Positions 26,367 through 36,128 of a DNA stretch of 64,000 bases are shown one piece after another. A model generated the notes under the pieces. It saw nothing but the letters and a program-made list of their open reading frames with translations. It was not told the origin of the DNA and searched no databases. Origin of the DNA: Candidatus Magasanikbacteria bacterium RIFOXYD1_FULL_40_23 (GTDB lineage Bacteria > Patescibacteriota > Patescibacteriia > Magasanikbacterales > GWA2-37-8); contig MFRA01000005.1 in NCBI GenBank assembly GCA_001783215.1, positions 329,423 to 393,422 on the forward strand. The letters are read 5' to 3'. Numbering within the stretch: the stretch's first letter is position 1; each line of letters opens with the position of its first letter. A program made the translations under genes and the position numbers.

Positions 26367-26456
26367 CTAATGGCATTCCGAAGTGGTTTCGGGGTGGCTT
26401 GGATCCACCACGGGAATAATCGTGATGGAAAAACAATGAGTACAGGAAGGTGAGCC

Positions 26457-27185
26457 GTGGACATTCTCCTCATTCTCGGGCGTGGTATTCAGATGCTTCA
26501 GGCAACGGATCCGGTCTCGGAAGTTCGTTCATGGCAGTTGACCGAAGATCTTGAGATGTGTACTGAGTTGGGTGCGCACCCGCAAGTGCGTGTGCCCGTC
26601 GACGACAACGACCCCAATTGTCTGGTGGGGGGTGCTCAGTTGAACTTGGAAGCAGGCAAGGTGCTGATTCGGCAACATTCGCCACAGGTTGTCGTTTGTG
26701 CATACGGAGACCGTTCCAAGTATTTGAAAGATATTGGCGGGCCTTCAGAGAGCCAGGTGATGACCGGAGTTCTCCAGAAGGATCTTGTCGATGCAGATTT
26801 GGCCAGAAAGCCAGAATTGGTTATCTGGGATCCGGCGCGTTCAAAGGGCGCCCATTCGAACACTCGGCAGGAAATCCTCAACGTCTTCGATCTGGCTATC
26901 GAGCTTGGGTTGGAGCGAATCGGATTCGTGACTGTCGGAGTCCATGTTCCGCGGACAGCGACTTTCATTGCGAAGCACATTTCCACTTTCTCCAAGTACC
27001 AACATCTCTCGCCGGTCATGTTCGAGAGCGAAGAGGTGTTGCTCGGATCTTCCGACCAGTGGAAGTCTCGGGTTGATACTCTCCGCAATTCTCAGGCTTT
27101 CTCTCGCAACCTGACCAATGAGTTCAGAGGCACCTTGGCAGCGCTTACTGGGAAGTATAATGCCGTGAAGGAGCAGACGAAGTAA
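26457..27185 (+). CDS. hypothetical protein (weakly DUF218/YdcF-like)
   Basis: GTG start 6 nt after an AGGAAGG Shine-Dalgarno; ILLILGRG ... VVCAYGDRS blocks; high GC. Confidence 0.3.
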   Translation: MDILLILGRGIQMLQATDPVSEVRSWQLTEDLEMCTELGAHPQVRVPVDDNDPNCLVGGAQLNLEAGKVLIRQHSPQVVVCAYGDRSKYLKDIGGPSESQVMTGVLQKDLVDADLARKPELVIWDPARSKGAHSNTRQEILNVFDLAIELGLERIGFVTVGVHVPRTATFIAKHISTFSKYQHLSPVMFESEEVLLGSSDQWKSRVDTLRNSQAFSRNLTNEFRGTLAALTGKYNAVKEQTK

Positions 27186-27202
27186 GCCCTTCGTAGTTAC
27201 GT

Positions 27203-27250
27203 GGCCATCCGACGCATATCGGATTTTAAATGAGGGTTTGGCCACCCTCA
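27203..27250. repeat. island-specific double-hairpin repeat, copy 2
   Basis: GGCCATCCGACgcatatcGGAT + GAGGGtttggccaCCCTC, matching copy 1. Confidence 0.6.
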
Positions 27251-27423
27251 ATTATCAGTAATCTGATTTTTATAAATGAGATTAGTGATAAGCAAAAATA
27301 CAAAAATATTTTTGTAAAAAGTTCTTTTCAATTTATTTTTTGCACAACACGTTTATTATTTTAAAATTTTTGAACTAATAAGTGTGTTGTGCAATGGGTG
27401 CACATGCGAACCAGGAGAACGAC

Positions 27424-28431
27424 ATGGATACTGATTTTTTCACGTGTGATTCGCAGTTTGTTATGGAATTGTCTGCCCCTGTTCGGGCGGCTGTATTCGC
27501 CGTTCTGGCAGCCGGTGATGTGGCCCAATGGGAAGATCGCGTGCCGAGAGTAAAGGCCGGCGAAGGACAACGTTCCGTTGTTACCGATGGAGATACAAGC
27601 GCAGAGGCGGTCATGGTGAGGAGACTGTTCTATTATGCTGGCTACAACGCACTTATTCTCTCCGAAGAGGACGCCAAGGGTGTCAATATTCTGTCAAAAG
27701 ATAACCCTGTGGGTATCTTGGAAGCAGAGGTTGCTTTCGTGATTGATCCCATCGACGGTACCGCACCCTATTCCGGCTATTTGGGCACATGGTGTGTGTC
27801 GGTTGGGGTGCTGAGTAAGGGCGAAATTATCGGCGGAGCTGTCTATGCTCCGGATCTCAACGGCGGGATGCTGGTCTTTTCGGAGAGGGGGTTGGGAACG
27901 ACTCTGATGAAGTACTGTTCGTTGCCCGCTCGTACACAGATTAGTAAGATTCCATTCCTTACGGCTTCAACCAAGGTGAAGAAGGCTAGGATTGGGCGTG
28001 GTGTAGATACGGATCTCTATCGTCTGATCGGTGAGCTGGTGAGCGCAGAAATCGCTCCCAGCGTGAACATGACCGCGGTGTGCAATTCTGGCATCCTGGG
28101 CCTAACGCAGGTCGCTTGTGGCCAGCTTACGGCTATCATTCAGATGCCGCAGAAGTCATGGGATTGGGCAGGTGCATTTCGCGCCGTGCTAGAAACCGGA
28201 CGGACTGTGTCGTTCTTCCGTCTACTGCCAGATCCAAGCGCTCAGAAATCGGATATGCTGGTGGAAGTGGACGGTTATGACTTCGATGCGTTTAGGTATG
28301 CCAAGCAGCATCGGCTTGGTTTCGTGGCTGGTGAGCCGGACATGGTTCGGCGCATCATGGAGCAGATGCCTCGTACGGGCTACAACCGCACCAACCCGGA
28401 GACGGTTGCCGGAGTTTGGAAGGACAAGTAG
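27424..28431 (+). CDS. inositol-monophosphatase/CysQ-family phosphatase
   Basis: metal-binding motif VAFVIDPIDGT; the start was set to ATG 27424, 6 nt after an AGGAGA Shine-Dalgarno; high GC. Confidence 0.6.
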   Translation: MDTDFFTCDSQFVMELSAPVRAAVFAVLAAGDVAQWEDRVPRVKAGEGQRSVVTDGDTSAEAVMVRRLFYYAGYNALILSEEDAKGVNILSKDNPVGILEAEVAFVIDPIDGTAPYSGYLGTWCVSVGVLSKGEIIGGAVYAPDLNGGMLVFSERGLGTTLMKYCSLPARTQISKIPFLTASTKVKKARIGRGVDTDLYRLIGELVSAEIAPSVNMTAVCNSGILGLTQVACGQLTAIIQMPQKSWDWAGAFRAVLETGRTVSFFRLLPDPSAQKSDMLVEVDGYDFDAFRYAKQHRLGFVAGEPDMVRRIMEQMPRTGYNRTNPETVAGVWKDK

Positions 28432-28565
28432 ATAAGGAGTAAGCAATGACGCTCTGTCATCAAGTCCAAAGCGGACAAGATGGCAGGGCGTGTTTTTATA
28501 TTGCATTCTTAGGCAAAAATTGGTAAAGTATAGGGCATATAATCGTAGATAAATCTACTAAACCT

Positions 28566-30086
28566 ATGTCGAAAAAGTATCTGTACATTGGCTATATTTT
28601 AAGCTGGCTAGTATTTTTTGGTTTTTCTTTGTATCGCTACGCCCAAATTTTGGCGGGAGAGTGTAGGTTTTTCACAAATGGATGGTTGGCGTGTGCGCCT
28701 CAATCAGAATTAAGCAGTCTAGGAAAGTTCGGTATTATTTTTTTAATCGTGGCGGTGTTTGGTTATTTTTTATATACCACTTGGTTGCTTTGGCAAAGTA
28801 ATGATCAAACGATTGGTATTTCCAATAAATTAAAGTGGATGTTATTTGGTCTTGGGGTTTTGGCAGTGTTTGTGGTGCCACTCGGTACAACCGATATGCC
28901 TTTTGATTTTTCGGCTGGAAAAGCAATTAGTAATAATTTAAATCCATACGTTGATAAATGGGTATTAGAAGTAGATTTTTCGGATAGAGGTAATTTTGCG
29001 CCAACTGCTGGATTTCCTTATGGCCCAATTATGGCCAGTGCTTTTTATTGGGTTTATAGTATAAGTTTCAACAATGTGTTGGTCTTTATGTTATTTTGGA
29101 AGATTTTGATGCTACTATTTTTTGTTGGTTGTGGTTTTCTAACAATGAAATTGGGCGGTTTATTATCGAATGGTAAAAATAATACAACTTGGTATGTGCT
29201 TTGGTTTGCACAGCCTATATTTTTGTTTGAATGGATGGTGAATGGGCATTTTGACGGCGTGTGGTTATTTTTTGTACTTCTTGCTTTTTATGCGGCCCAC
29301 ACCAAACGTTGGTGGCTTATGGCGCCAGCTTTTGCAATAGGTGTGTGGACTAAATTTATACCTATTTTTATCGCCCCATTTTTTGCCCTATGGTGGTGGC
29401 AAGATATAAGCAAAGAAACATGGAAAAAAAGTGTGTCAAAGATGGCGGTTGGTTTGGCGCTGGCTATTTTAATTACATTTTTAAGCTGGAAACCATTTTG
29501 GACTGGCCCAGCTGTATTTGCTTCGCTAATCAGTCAATCCAAATTTGCTTCAATGAGTATCTTTGCAACTGCATATTATTCTTTAAAGCCTTTGTTTGTT
29601 TGGTTGTTGGCAGATCAAGCCCACTGGTATCTTACTCGTTTGTTGCAAGGAAGTTTGTTGCTAATAGTTATCTATTTATTATATCCAATAATCAAAAAAT
29701 GTTTGGCTGTGTTGTTTAGAAAAGTAAAATTAGAAAGCGGGGATTATATACAGACCATGTTGATTTTTTTGCTAGTTTATCTTATAGTATGGCAAAAATC
29801 ATTTTGGCCGTGGTATGGCGTATGGTTTATACCTTTAGCTTTAATTTCTTACAAAGCCTATCAGCATCCATATGTGCTAAAAATTGCTGCCTGGTTTAGT
29901 CTGGCATCTCCTATTTACCACATAATTGCTTGGGCAACATTAAAAAATGACGCTGTATCAAAAGATGAATTATGGTTTTATTATTTAATAGTTTGTAGCG
30001 CTTTGCTGTATCCTCTGTATTTAATTTTCCTTTGGCGAAAAAAAGATTTTGCTAATACAAATGAACTACCGGTTAATAATACATAA
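28566..30086 (+). CDS. polytopic membrane protein, putative GT-C-fold glycosyltransferase (DUF2029-like)
   Basis: 506 aa with about 13 TM helices and a Trp-rich first loop; it opens the glycan gene cluster. Confidence 0.4.
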   Translation: MSKKYLYIGYILSWLVFFGFSLYRYAQILAGECRFFTNGWLACAPQSELSSLGKFGIIFLIVAVFGYFLYTTWLLWQSNDQTIGISNKLKWMLFGLGVLAVFVVPLGTTDMPFDFSAGKAISNNLNPYVDKWVLEVDFSDRGNFAPTAGFPYGPIMASAFYWVYSISFNNVLVFMLFWKILMLLFFVGCGFLTMKLGGLLSNGKNNTTWYVLWFAQPIFLFEWMVNGHFDGVWLFFVLLAFYAAHTKRWWLMAPAFAIGVWTKFIPIFIAPFFALWWWQDISKETWKKSVSKMAVGLALAILITFLSWKPFWTGPAVFASLISQSKFASMSIFATAYYSLKPLFVWLLADQAHWYLTRLLQGSLLLIVIYLLYPIIKKCLAVLFRKVKLESGDYIQTMLIFLLVYLIVWQKSFWPWYGVWFIPLALISYKAYQHPYVLKIAAWFSLASPIYHIIAWATLKNDAVSKDELWFYYLIVCSALLYPLYLIFLWRKKDFANTNELPVNNT

Positions 30087-30095
30087 AATATATCT

Positions 30096-31148
30096 ATGTC
30101 TCATACAAAAAGTCCAGCTAAAAAAGCTCTTATTACCGGCATAACAGGACAGGACGGCTCTTACCTGGCAGAATTTTTGTTAGACAAGGGCTATGAAGTT
30201 CATGGAATCATGCGTCGATCTAGTAGTTTTAACACTAGTAGGATCGAACATATTTATCAGGATCCGCACGAAAAGGGCATAAGACTAAAAATGCACTACG
30301 GAGACCTAACAGACGGTAGTAATTTAAATAGAATTATTGAAGAAATTAAACCGGATGAAATATATAATTTGGGTGCACAGAGCCACGTGCGAGTTAGTTT
30401 TGAATTGCCGGAATATACTTGCGATAGTGTAGGTTTGGGCACCTTACGTCTTCTAGATGCTGTACGAGATACTGGTTTGAAGGTTAAATTTTATCAGGCC
30501 GGATCTTCCGAAATGTTTGGTAAAGTAAGAGAAACACCTCAAAAAGAAACTACGCCATTTTATCCTCGCAGCCCATATGGTTGCGCCAAAGTTTTTGCGC
30601 ACAATTTGGCTGTAAATTATAGAGAATCGTACGGCATGTTTATTTGTAACGGTATATTATTCAATCATGAGTCTCCTCGTCGTGGTGGAACATTTGTAAC
30701 CAAAAAAATAGTAGATGGCTTTGCGCAAATTAAAAGCGGCAAACGCGACAAAATTTATTTGGGCAATTTAGAAGCCAAGCGCGACTGGGGTTATGCCAAA
30801 GATTATGTGGAAGCAATGTGGCTTATGTTGCAACAGCCCCAGCCGGATGATTTTGTAATTGCTACGGGTGAAGCGCATAGCGTTCGAGAATTTGCTGAAG
30901 AAGCAGCTTTGTATTTTGGTTACGAATTAAAATGGGAAGGTGAAGGCTTGCAAGAAAAAGGAATAGATAAAAAATCCGGACAAGTTTTGGTTGAAATAGA
31001 CCCCGAATATTTCCGTCCGGCCGAGGTAGAATTTTTGCTTGGAGATGCTAGTAAGGCCAAGAATGTTTTGGGCTGGGAAGCAAAAGTAAGGTTTAAAGAG
31101 TTGGTAAAGATAATGTGTGAGGCAGAAATAGATAAAAAAGATAACTAA
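30096..31148 (+). CDS. gmd: GDP-mannose 4,6-dehydratase
   Basis: [48 protein letters not shown] is near-identical to the E. coli Gmd N-terminus. Confidence 0.9.
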   Translation: MSHTKSPAKKALITGITGQDGSYLAEFLLDKGYEVHGIMRRSSSFNTSRIEHIYQDPHEKGIRLKMHYGDLTDGSNLNRIIEEIKPDEIYNLGAQSHVRVSFELPEYTCDSVGLGTLRLLDAVRDTGLKVKFYQAGSSEMFGKVRETPQKETTPFYPRSPYGCAKVFAHNLAVNYRESYGMFICNGILFNHESPRRGGTFVTKKIVDGFAQIKSGKRDKIYLGNLEAKRDWGYAKDYVEAMWLMLQQPQPDDFVIATGEAHSVREFAEEAALYFGYELKWEGEGLQEKGIDKKSGQVLVEIDPEYFRPAEVEFLLGDASKAKNVLGWEAKVRFKELVKIMCEAEIDKKDN

Positions 31149-31178
31149 CCCATATTGCTACTAACCTGTTTATTTTGT

Positions 31179-32123
31179 ATGGATAAAAATTCAAAAATCT
31201 ATGTAAGCGGTCATAACGGTCTTGTTGGAACAGCGCTTGTTAACGAACTCAAAAGACAAGGTTATGAAAACATTGTTACCAGATCCCACAAAGATTTGGA
31301 GCTGCTAGATCAAGTGTCAGTAAATAAATTTTTTGAAGAAGAAAGACCAGAGTATGTTTTTCATCTAGCTGCGAAAGTGGGAGGAATTATTGGTAATAAA
31401 ACCTATCCAGCTGATTTCACTTATGAAAATACAATAATTAATTTTAATGTCATTCACGCAGCGCATCAAGTGGGTGTTAAGAAGTTGTTGAATTTTGGGA
31501 GTATTTGTATTTATCCGCTGAAAGCAGAAGTTCCAGTGAAGGAAAGTTCTTTGCTAACAGGACCGTTAGAATCTTCCAATGAAGGTTATGCGATTTCCAA
31601 GATTGCTAGTCTTATGCTTTGTAAGAAATATAAAGAGCAGTATGGCAGTAATTTTATTTCTGTTATGCCAGCTAATCTATATGGTCCACATGATAACTTT
31701 CATCCTCAAAATGCCCATGTAATTCCCATGCTTATGGATCGGTTTCATAAGGCCAAGGTAAATGGCGATCAAGAGGTTGTAGTTTGGGGAACAGGAAAAC
31801 CAACCAGAGATTTTCTCTACTCCGAAGATTTAGCTGAAGGTTTGGTATTGTTAATGAATAAGTATGATGAGCTAGAGCATATAAATATTGGTCCCGGAGC
31901 GGAAACTTCAATTCGGGAGTTGGCAGAAACAATGAAAGAAGTAGTAGGCTTTAACGGAGGGCTTGTATTTGATATTTCCAAACCGGACGGGACTCCGAGA
32001 AGGTATTTAGATATTGAAAAGATGAATGGTTTAGGATGGAATGCGAAGACTTCGTTAAAGAATGGATTGTCGAGTATGTATGCTTGGTATCTTGATAATG
32101 CAGACCATCTTAATAGTAAATAA
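31179..32123 (+). CDS. fcl: GDP-L-fucose synthase (GDP-4-keto-6-deoxymannose 3,5-epimerase/4-reductase)
   Basis: IYVSGHNGLVG ... AAKVGGI ... YPADF ... PANLYGPHDNFHP ... KPDGTPR aligns with E. coli Fcl along its whole length. Confidence 0.85.
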   Translation: MDKNSKIYVSGHNGLVGTALVNELKRQGYENIVTRSHKDLELLDQVSVNKFFEEERPEYVFHLAAKVGGIIGNKTYPADFTYENTIINFNVIHAAHQVGVKKLLNFGSICIYPLKAEVPVKESSLLTGPLESSNEGYAISKIASLMLCKKYKEQYGSNFISVMPANLYGPHDNFHPQNAHVIPMLMDRFHKAKVNGDQEVVVWGTGKPTRDFLYSEDLAEGLVLLMNKYDELEHINIGPGAETSIRELAETMKEVVGFNGGLVFDISKPDGTPRRYLDIEKMNGLGWNAKTSLKNGLSSMYAWYLDNADHLNSK

Positions 32124-32180
32124 TTTTGTAGAAGCATAAAATTGATTTGGAAAAAGGCATTAAACTAACCTGCAAATGGT

Positions 32181-32975
32181 ATGAGTCTGCACAAAAATAA
32201 TTTTCTTAGTAATCCGGTATTGTTTCTATTGCGTCAAATCTATAGAGTATTTTTTATATGGCCATTTCAGTTTGTAGTGATAGTGTTTAGTTTTTTTGCC
32301 AAGAGCAATCAATTTGCAGACAAAGAAAAGTCGCCATATTGTTTTATTATAACTTCGGTAATTTATCCGAAACCAGGTAAGCAGATTCAGTACAACGCGC
32401 CCCGTTCCGTTTTTAGTCCAGAAGATAGGGCCAAACAAACTCAACAAACCATAGATTCTATACGCAGTCGGGTGCCGGGAGCCAAAATAATTTTGGTAGA
32501 AAGCGGTCTGCAAAAGGCGCTGCCGTTTGATGTAGATAAAAAAGCCGATCAATATATTTATGTTGGAGATAATAAATTAGTGCGTTGGTCTTGTGATAGT
32601 AAACAGAAAAGCTTGGGTGAAATAATGATGTTATATTTTGCGATGAAAAAGTTTGAGTTTTCGGCCGATTTTTATTTTAAAATAAGCGGACGGTATTTTT
32701 TAAACGAGGAGTTCGATTTGAACGCTTGGAAGCAGGGGGATTTTGTTTTGCAATACATTAAAGAAGACTATATTTGTACACGGCTATATGGTTTTCGCAG
32801 TTCAGTGTTTTCTGTATGGAAATATGCGCTGTTAAAAGGAATTCCATTAACTATGGTTGCTTACCCAATAGAAAACACATTGGCAAAGTATATACCAAGA
32901 AATCGGGTGCATAGATTGGTGCGGCTTGGAGTATCTGGGGTAGGGGCATCATCTAGTGAAATTATTAGGGATTAA
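32181..32975 (+). CDS. hypothetical protein (possibly a nucleotide-sugar transferase-like fold)
   Basis: 264-aa ORF in an operon-like position with no confident motif. Confidence 0.3.
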   Translation: MSLHKNNFLSNPVLFLLRQIYRVFFIWPFQFVVIVFSFFAKSNQFADKEKSPYCFIITSVIYPKPGKQIQYNAPRSVFSPEDRAKQTQQTIDSIRSRVPGAKIILVESGLQKALPFDVDKKADQYIYVGDNKLVRWSCDSKQKSLGEIMMLYFAMKKFEFSADFYFKISGRYFLNEEFDLNAWKQGDFVLQYIKEDYICTRLYGFRSSVFSVWKYALLKGIPLTMVAYPIENTLAKYIPRNRVHRLVRLGVSGVGASSSEIIRD

Positions 32976-33018
32976 CTAAAATTAAATTTATTCTATAATT
33001 CATTAATTCATCTTACGT

Positions 33019-33807
33019 ATGAATCCAAAACTTAAACAATTTTTAAAGAAAACTTTTCCACTGGGATTATTGGTGGCTGCAGATAGAATAAAAAATAAAA
33101 TACTTAATAAGTTTAGATATTTAGAGTTTTTAAAAGAGTGGAAGCAATTTAAAGAGATGTCAGGCCAACTTGGAGACAATAGATTTGTTCTATCTTCCAA
33201 AAATTTTTATCCTATTCTACACGAAAAGGCTAGTACGCATGATTACGATCATCATTATATTTATCATCCAGCTTGGGCTGCCAGAAAATTGGCCGAAATT
33301 AAACCAGAATTTCATGTAGATATTAGCTCAACACTCCATTTTAGTACTATTGTTTCAGCTTTTATTCCTGTAAAATTTTATGATTATCGACCCGCTGTAG
33401 TAGATTTAAATAATTTTACTTCAGGGTCCGCTGATTTGTTAAAGCTGCCGTTTGAGGACAATAGTATAAAATCTCTTTCTTGCATGCATACGCTTGAACA
33501 TATTGGTTTGGGTAGATATGGCGACCCGATTGATCCGATTGGTGATGTTAAGTCTATGAAAGAGTTAGGGCGAGTTTTGGCTGTGGGTGGAAGTTTGTTA
33601 ATTGTAGTACCGGTAGGGAAGCCGAATGTAATGTTTAATGCCCATAGAGTTTTTGCTTATGAACAAGTGATAAATGCTTGTGCTGGTCTTCAAGTGCGAG
33701 AGTTTACTTTGCTTACTGACGATGGAAGGTTTATTACCAATGCCGACAAATCTTTGGTAGAGCAACAAATTTACGGTATGGGATGTTTTTGGTTTGTTAA
33801 GCCGTAA
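33019..33807 (+). CDS. putative SAM-dependent methyltransferase (DUF268-like)
   Basis: LKLPFEDNSIKSLSCMHTLEHIG ... LAVGGSLLIVVPVG is a Methyltransf_11-like core. Confidence 0.45.
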   Translation: MNPKLKQFLKKTFPLGLLVAADRIKNKILNKFRYLEFLKEWKQFKEMSGQLGDNRFVLSSKNFYPILHEKASTHDYDHHYIYHPAWAARKLAEIKPEFHVDISSTLHFSTIVSAFIPVKFYDYRPAVVDLNNFTSGSADLLKLPFEDNSIKSLSCMHTLEHIGLGRYGDPIDPIGDVKSMKELGRVLAVGGSLLIVVPVGKPNVMFNAHRVFAYEQVINACAGLQVREFTLLTDDGRFITNADKSLVEQQIYGMGCFWFVKP

Positions 33808-33827
33808 ATTTATCTGAGCGTTAAATT

Positions 33828-35129
33828 ATGCAAATGATAGAGTGGGTACAATCTATTTTTAAAAAAAAAGCATTGCACCAAACGGCTTTTGTTACGGTTG
33901 GGTCGTTAATAAACGGCGTATCATTGCTTGTACTTAATATAGTTTTGGCCAGAGCTTTGAGCAGAGAAGTCTTTGGAATCTTTTCATTGTCTGTTTTAGC
34001 ACTGAGCACAGCGGCGGAATTGTCTGACTTTGGTTTGAATTTAGGCCTTCTTAGGTTCGCCCCCTATTACATCGCTACCAATCAAACAGAAAAGTTAAAA
34101 CAGTTAATCAAAACAATCTGGCGTTGGAGAGTTATACTTACTTGGGTGCTCACAGTAGGCGGCATAGTTTTGTCCTATCCTTTGGCCAAGTATATGTTTG
34201 GCCAAGCCAAGGTGGCCCCGTACCTAGCTTATTCCTTTTTAGGCATCGGTGGTGTTATACTGCTTGGTTTTTTGGCTACTTTTTTGCAAGCAAAGCAAAG
34301 ATTTTTTTATCAAGCTTCCGTCCAATCGCTAAAAGGTTTTTTACGTTTGGCTATAGTTGTGATTTTGGCTATATTCGGTGTAGAAAATTTGTTTGCATAT
34401 TTATCTGTATATATTTTTGTTCCTTGGATTTTGTTTATAGTAAACTATGGGGTTTTCCCGGAAAAGTTTAGGACAGTCGAAGTGGACGGAGAGGTTAAGA
34501 AAAATTTACATTCCCAGTTAGCCAAATTTAGTTTTTGGCTTACGATTTCTTCGTTACTAGGGATTATCGGTGGCAAAATAGACCAAGTAATTATTAGTCA
34601 TTACCTTGGATTAGAATACGTTGCAGTTTTTACTGTTGCTTGGCAATTTTTGCAGATTTTTATGGTGCTTAATGGTTCTATTAGTTCTGTTTTAATGCCG
34701 AAGATAAGTAGTTTGAAGAATAAAGCGGAATTAGTTATTTTTGTTAAACGAGTCTTTAAATGGGTGCTTGTCGGAACAATTGGTATCGCGTTTTTAATCT
34801 ATCCATCTCAATATTTAATTAATTTCATTTTTGGCCAGAAGTACGTAGAAGCGATGCCAGTTTATTTAATCTTAGCCTATAGTATGTTATTAAATATTTT
34901 GGCTATCCCGCTGTCTATGACCATTACTGTTTTCAACAAAACCCACATAATGGCTGTGGCTGCGTTTTTTCAGACCGTTATCTTTATTATTTCTAATTTA
35001 GTATTTATTCCTCGATATGGTATTATGGGGGCAGCCTATGCGTATGTGGTTGTGCAGGTAGCCACATTTATGTGGAATCTCATATGGTCTCTGTATTTAA
35101 TAAAAAAGAAAGATTTTAATATAGTATAA
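33828..35129 (+). CDS. wzx: Wzx-type oligosaccharide flippase (MOP superfamily polysaccharide biosynthesis protein)
   Basis: 433 aa with about 12 TM helices; the N-terminal TVGSLINGVSLLVLNIVLAR is a typical Wzx start. Confidence 0.6.
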   Translation: MQMIEWVQSIFKKKALHQTAFVTVGSLINGVSLLVLNIVLARALSREVFGIFSLSVLALSTAAELSDFGLNLGLLRFAPYYIATNQTEKLKQLIKTIWRWRVILTWVLTVGGIVLSYPLAKYMFGQAKVAPYLAYSFLGIGGVILLGFLATFLQAKQRFFYQASVQSLKGFLRLAIVVILAIFGVENLFAYLSVYIFVPWILFIVNYGVFPEKFRTVEVDGEVKKNLHSQLAKFSFWLTISSLLGIIGGKIDQVIISHYLGLEYVAVFTVAWQFLQIFMVLNGSISSVLMPKISSLKNKAELVIFVKRVFKWVLVGTIGIAFLIYPSQYLINFIFGQKYVEAMPVYLILAYSMLLNILAIPLSMTITVFNKTHIMAVAAFFQTVIFIISNLVFIPRYGIMGAAYAYVVVQVATFMWNLIWSLYLIKKKDFNIV

Positions 35130-35133
35130 AAGT

Positions 35134-36123
35134 ATGCAAGAAATTACTGGGTCAACTCAAGATAAGACTTTTTCTACTAATCGGCTCCTAAAAAGATCGG
35201 ACACTCCTTTTGTAGGTAATTTTAAAAGTTACGGTGGGTTGCGAACTGAAGGTTGGAAGAAAGAATCGTTAGATGGCAAACCTTTAGTCAGTGTGGTTAC
35301 GGTTGTAAGAAATGACGTTGCTAATATAGAGAAAACAATCTTAAGTGTCTTAAACCAAACTTATAGCAACGTGGAATATGTTGTGATTGATGGTAATTCA
35401 ACCGACGGTACTTTGGAAGTTATAAAAAAGTATGCCAAATATATTGACCTTTGGGTTAGCGAGCCGGATGAAGGTTTGTTTTATGCATTTAATAAGGGTG
35501 TAGATTTGGTAACTGGAGAATGGGTGCAAATTTTAAATTGCGGTGATTTCTTGTATAATAATACGGTTTTTGCTGATATTTTTGAAGGAAAGAAAATAGA
35601 CGTTGACGGACTCTATGGCAGCGCAGCATGTTACGTTAATGGGCGTATGGCCATTGTTGAAGCCCACGAAGATTTGTATGAAAAAGCGTGGCAGGGGATG
35701 AGGCTCATTCACGAGACGCTTTTTGTAAAAGCAGAGATAATAAAAAAATTTAAATTTGATACGAAGTATAAAGTCTCTGGCGACGGTGACTTTGTGTTAA
35801 AATGTGTGAGTAAAGGGTATAAGTTTCGTAAAGTGAATGTGGTTGTATTTGAGACTGGCCCCCAAGGTTATTCGGCCAAACATTGGCGTTTAGCTAGAAA
35901 AGAAAATTGGTTAATTGCCCGTAGTTATTATCCAGGCTTAAAAACCGATCTCTTTAATTTGCAAGGGTGGGTATACGACGAAGTTTTTAGAGTTTTTAAA
36001 AGAATCATGTCCGCCGTAGGTGTTTATGATTTTTTAAAGAAATACTATAGGCGTTATTGGGGAGATAAAATTATGCGAGAAAAATATCATTATATGGTAG
36101 TTGATGAAAAGAATAAGAACTAG
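35134..36123 (+). CDS. family-2 glycosyltransferase
   Basis: VSVVTVVRNDVANIEKTILSVLNQTYSNVEYVVIDGNSTDGT. Confidence 0.65.
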   Translation: MQEITGSTQDKTFSTNRLLKRSDTPFVGNFKSYGGLRTEGWKKESLDGKPLVSVVTVVRNDVANIEKTILSVLNQTYSNVEYVVIDGNSTDGTLEVIKKYAKYIDLWVSEPDEGLFYAFNKGVDLVTGEWVQILNCGDFLYNNTVFADIFEGKKIDVDGLYGSAACYVNGRMAIVEAHEDLYEKAWQGMRLIHETLFVKAEIIKKFKFDTKYKVSGDGDFVLKCVSKGYKFRKVNVVVFETGPQGYSAKHWRLARKENWLIARSYYPGLKTDLFNLQGWVYDEVFRVFKRIMSAVGVYDFLKKYYRRYWGDKIMREKYHYMVVDEKNKN

Positions 36124-36128
36124 AGTTT

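Noticed and set aside
26470-27251. several antisense or overlapping ORFs (77-152 aa) in the high-GC island
   Set aside because: They are a typical artefact of high-GC DNA with few stops. The sense-strand genes have Shine-Dalgarno-supported starts.
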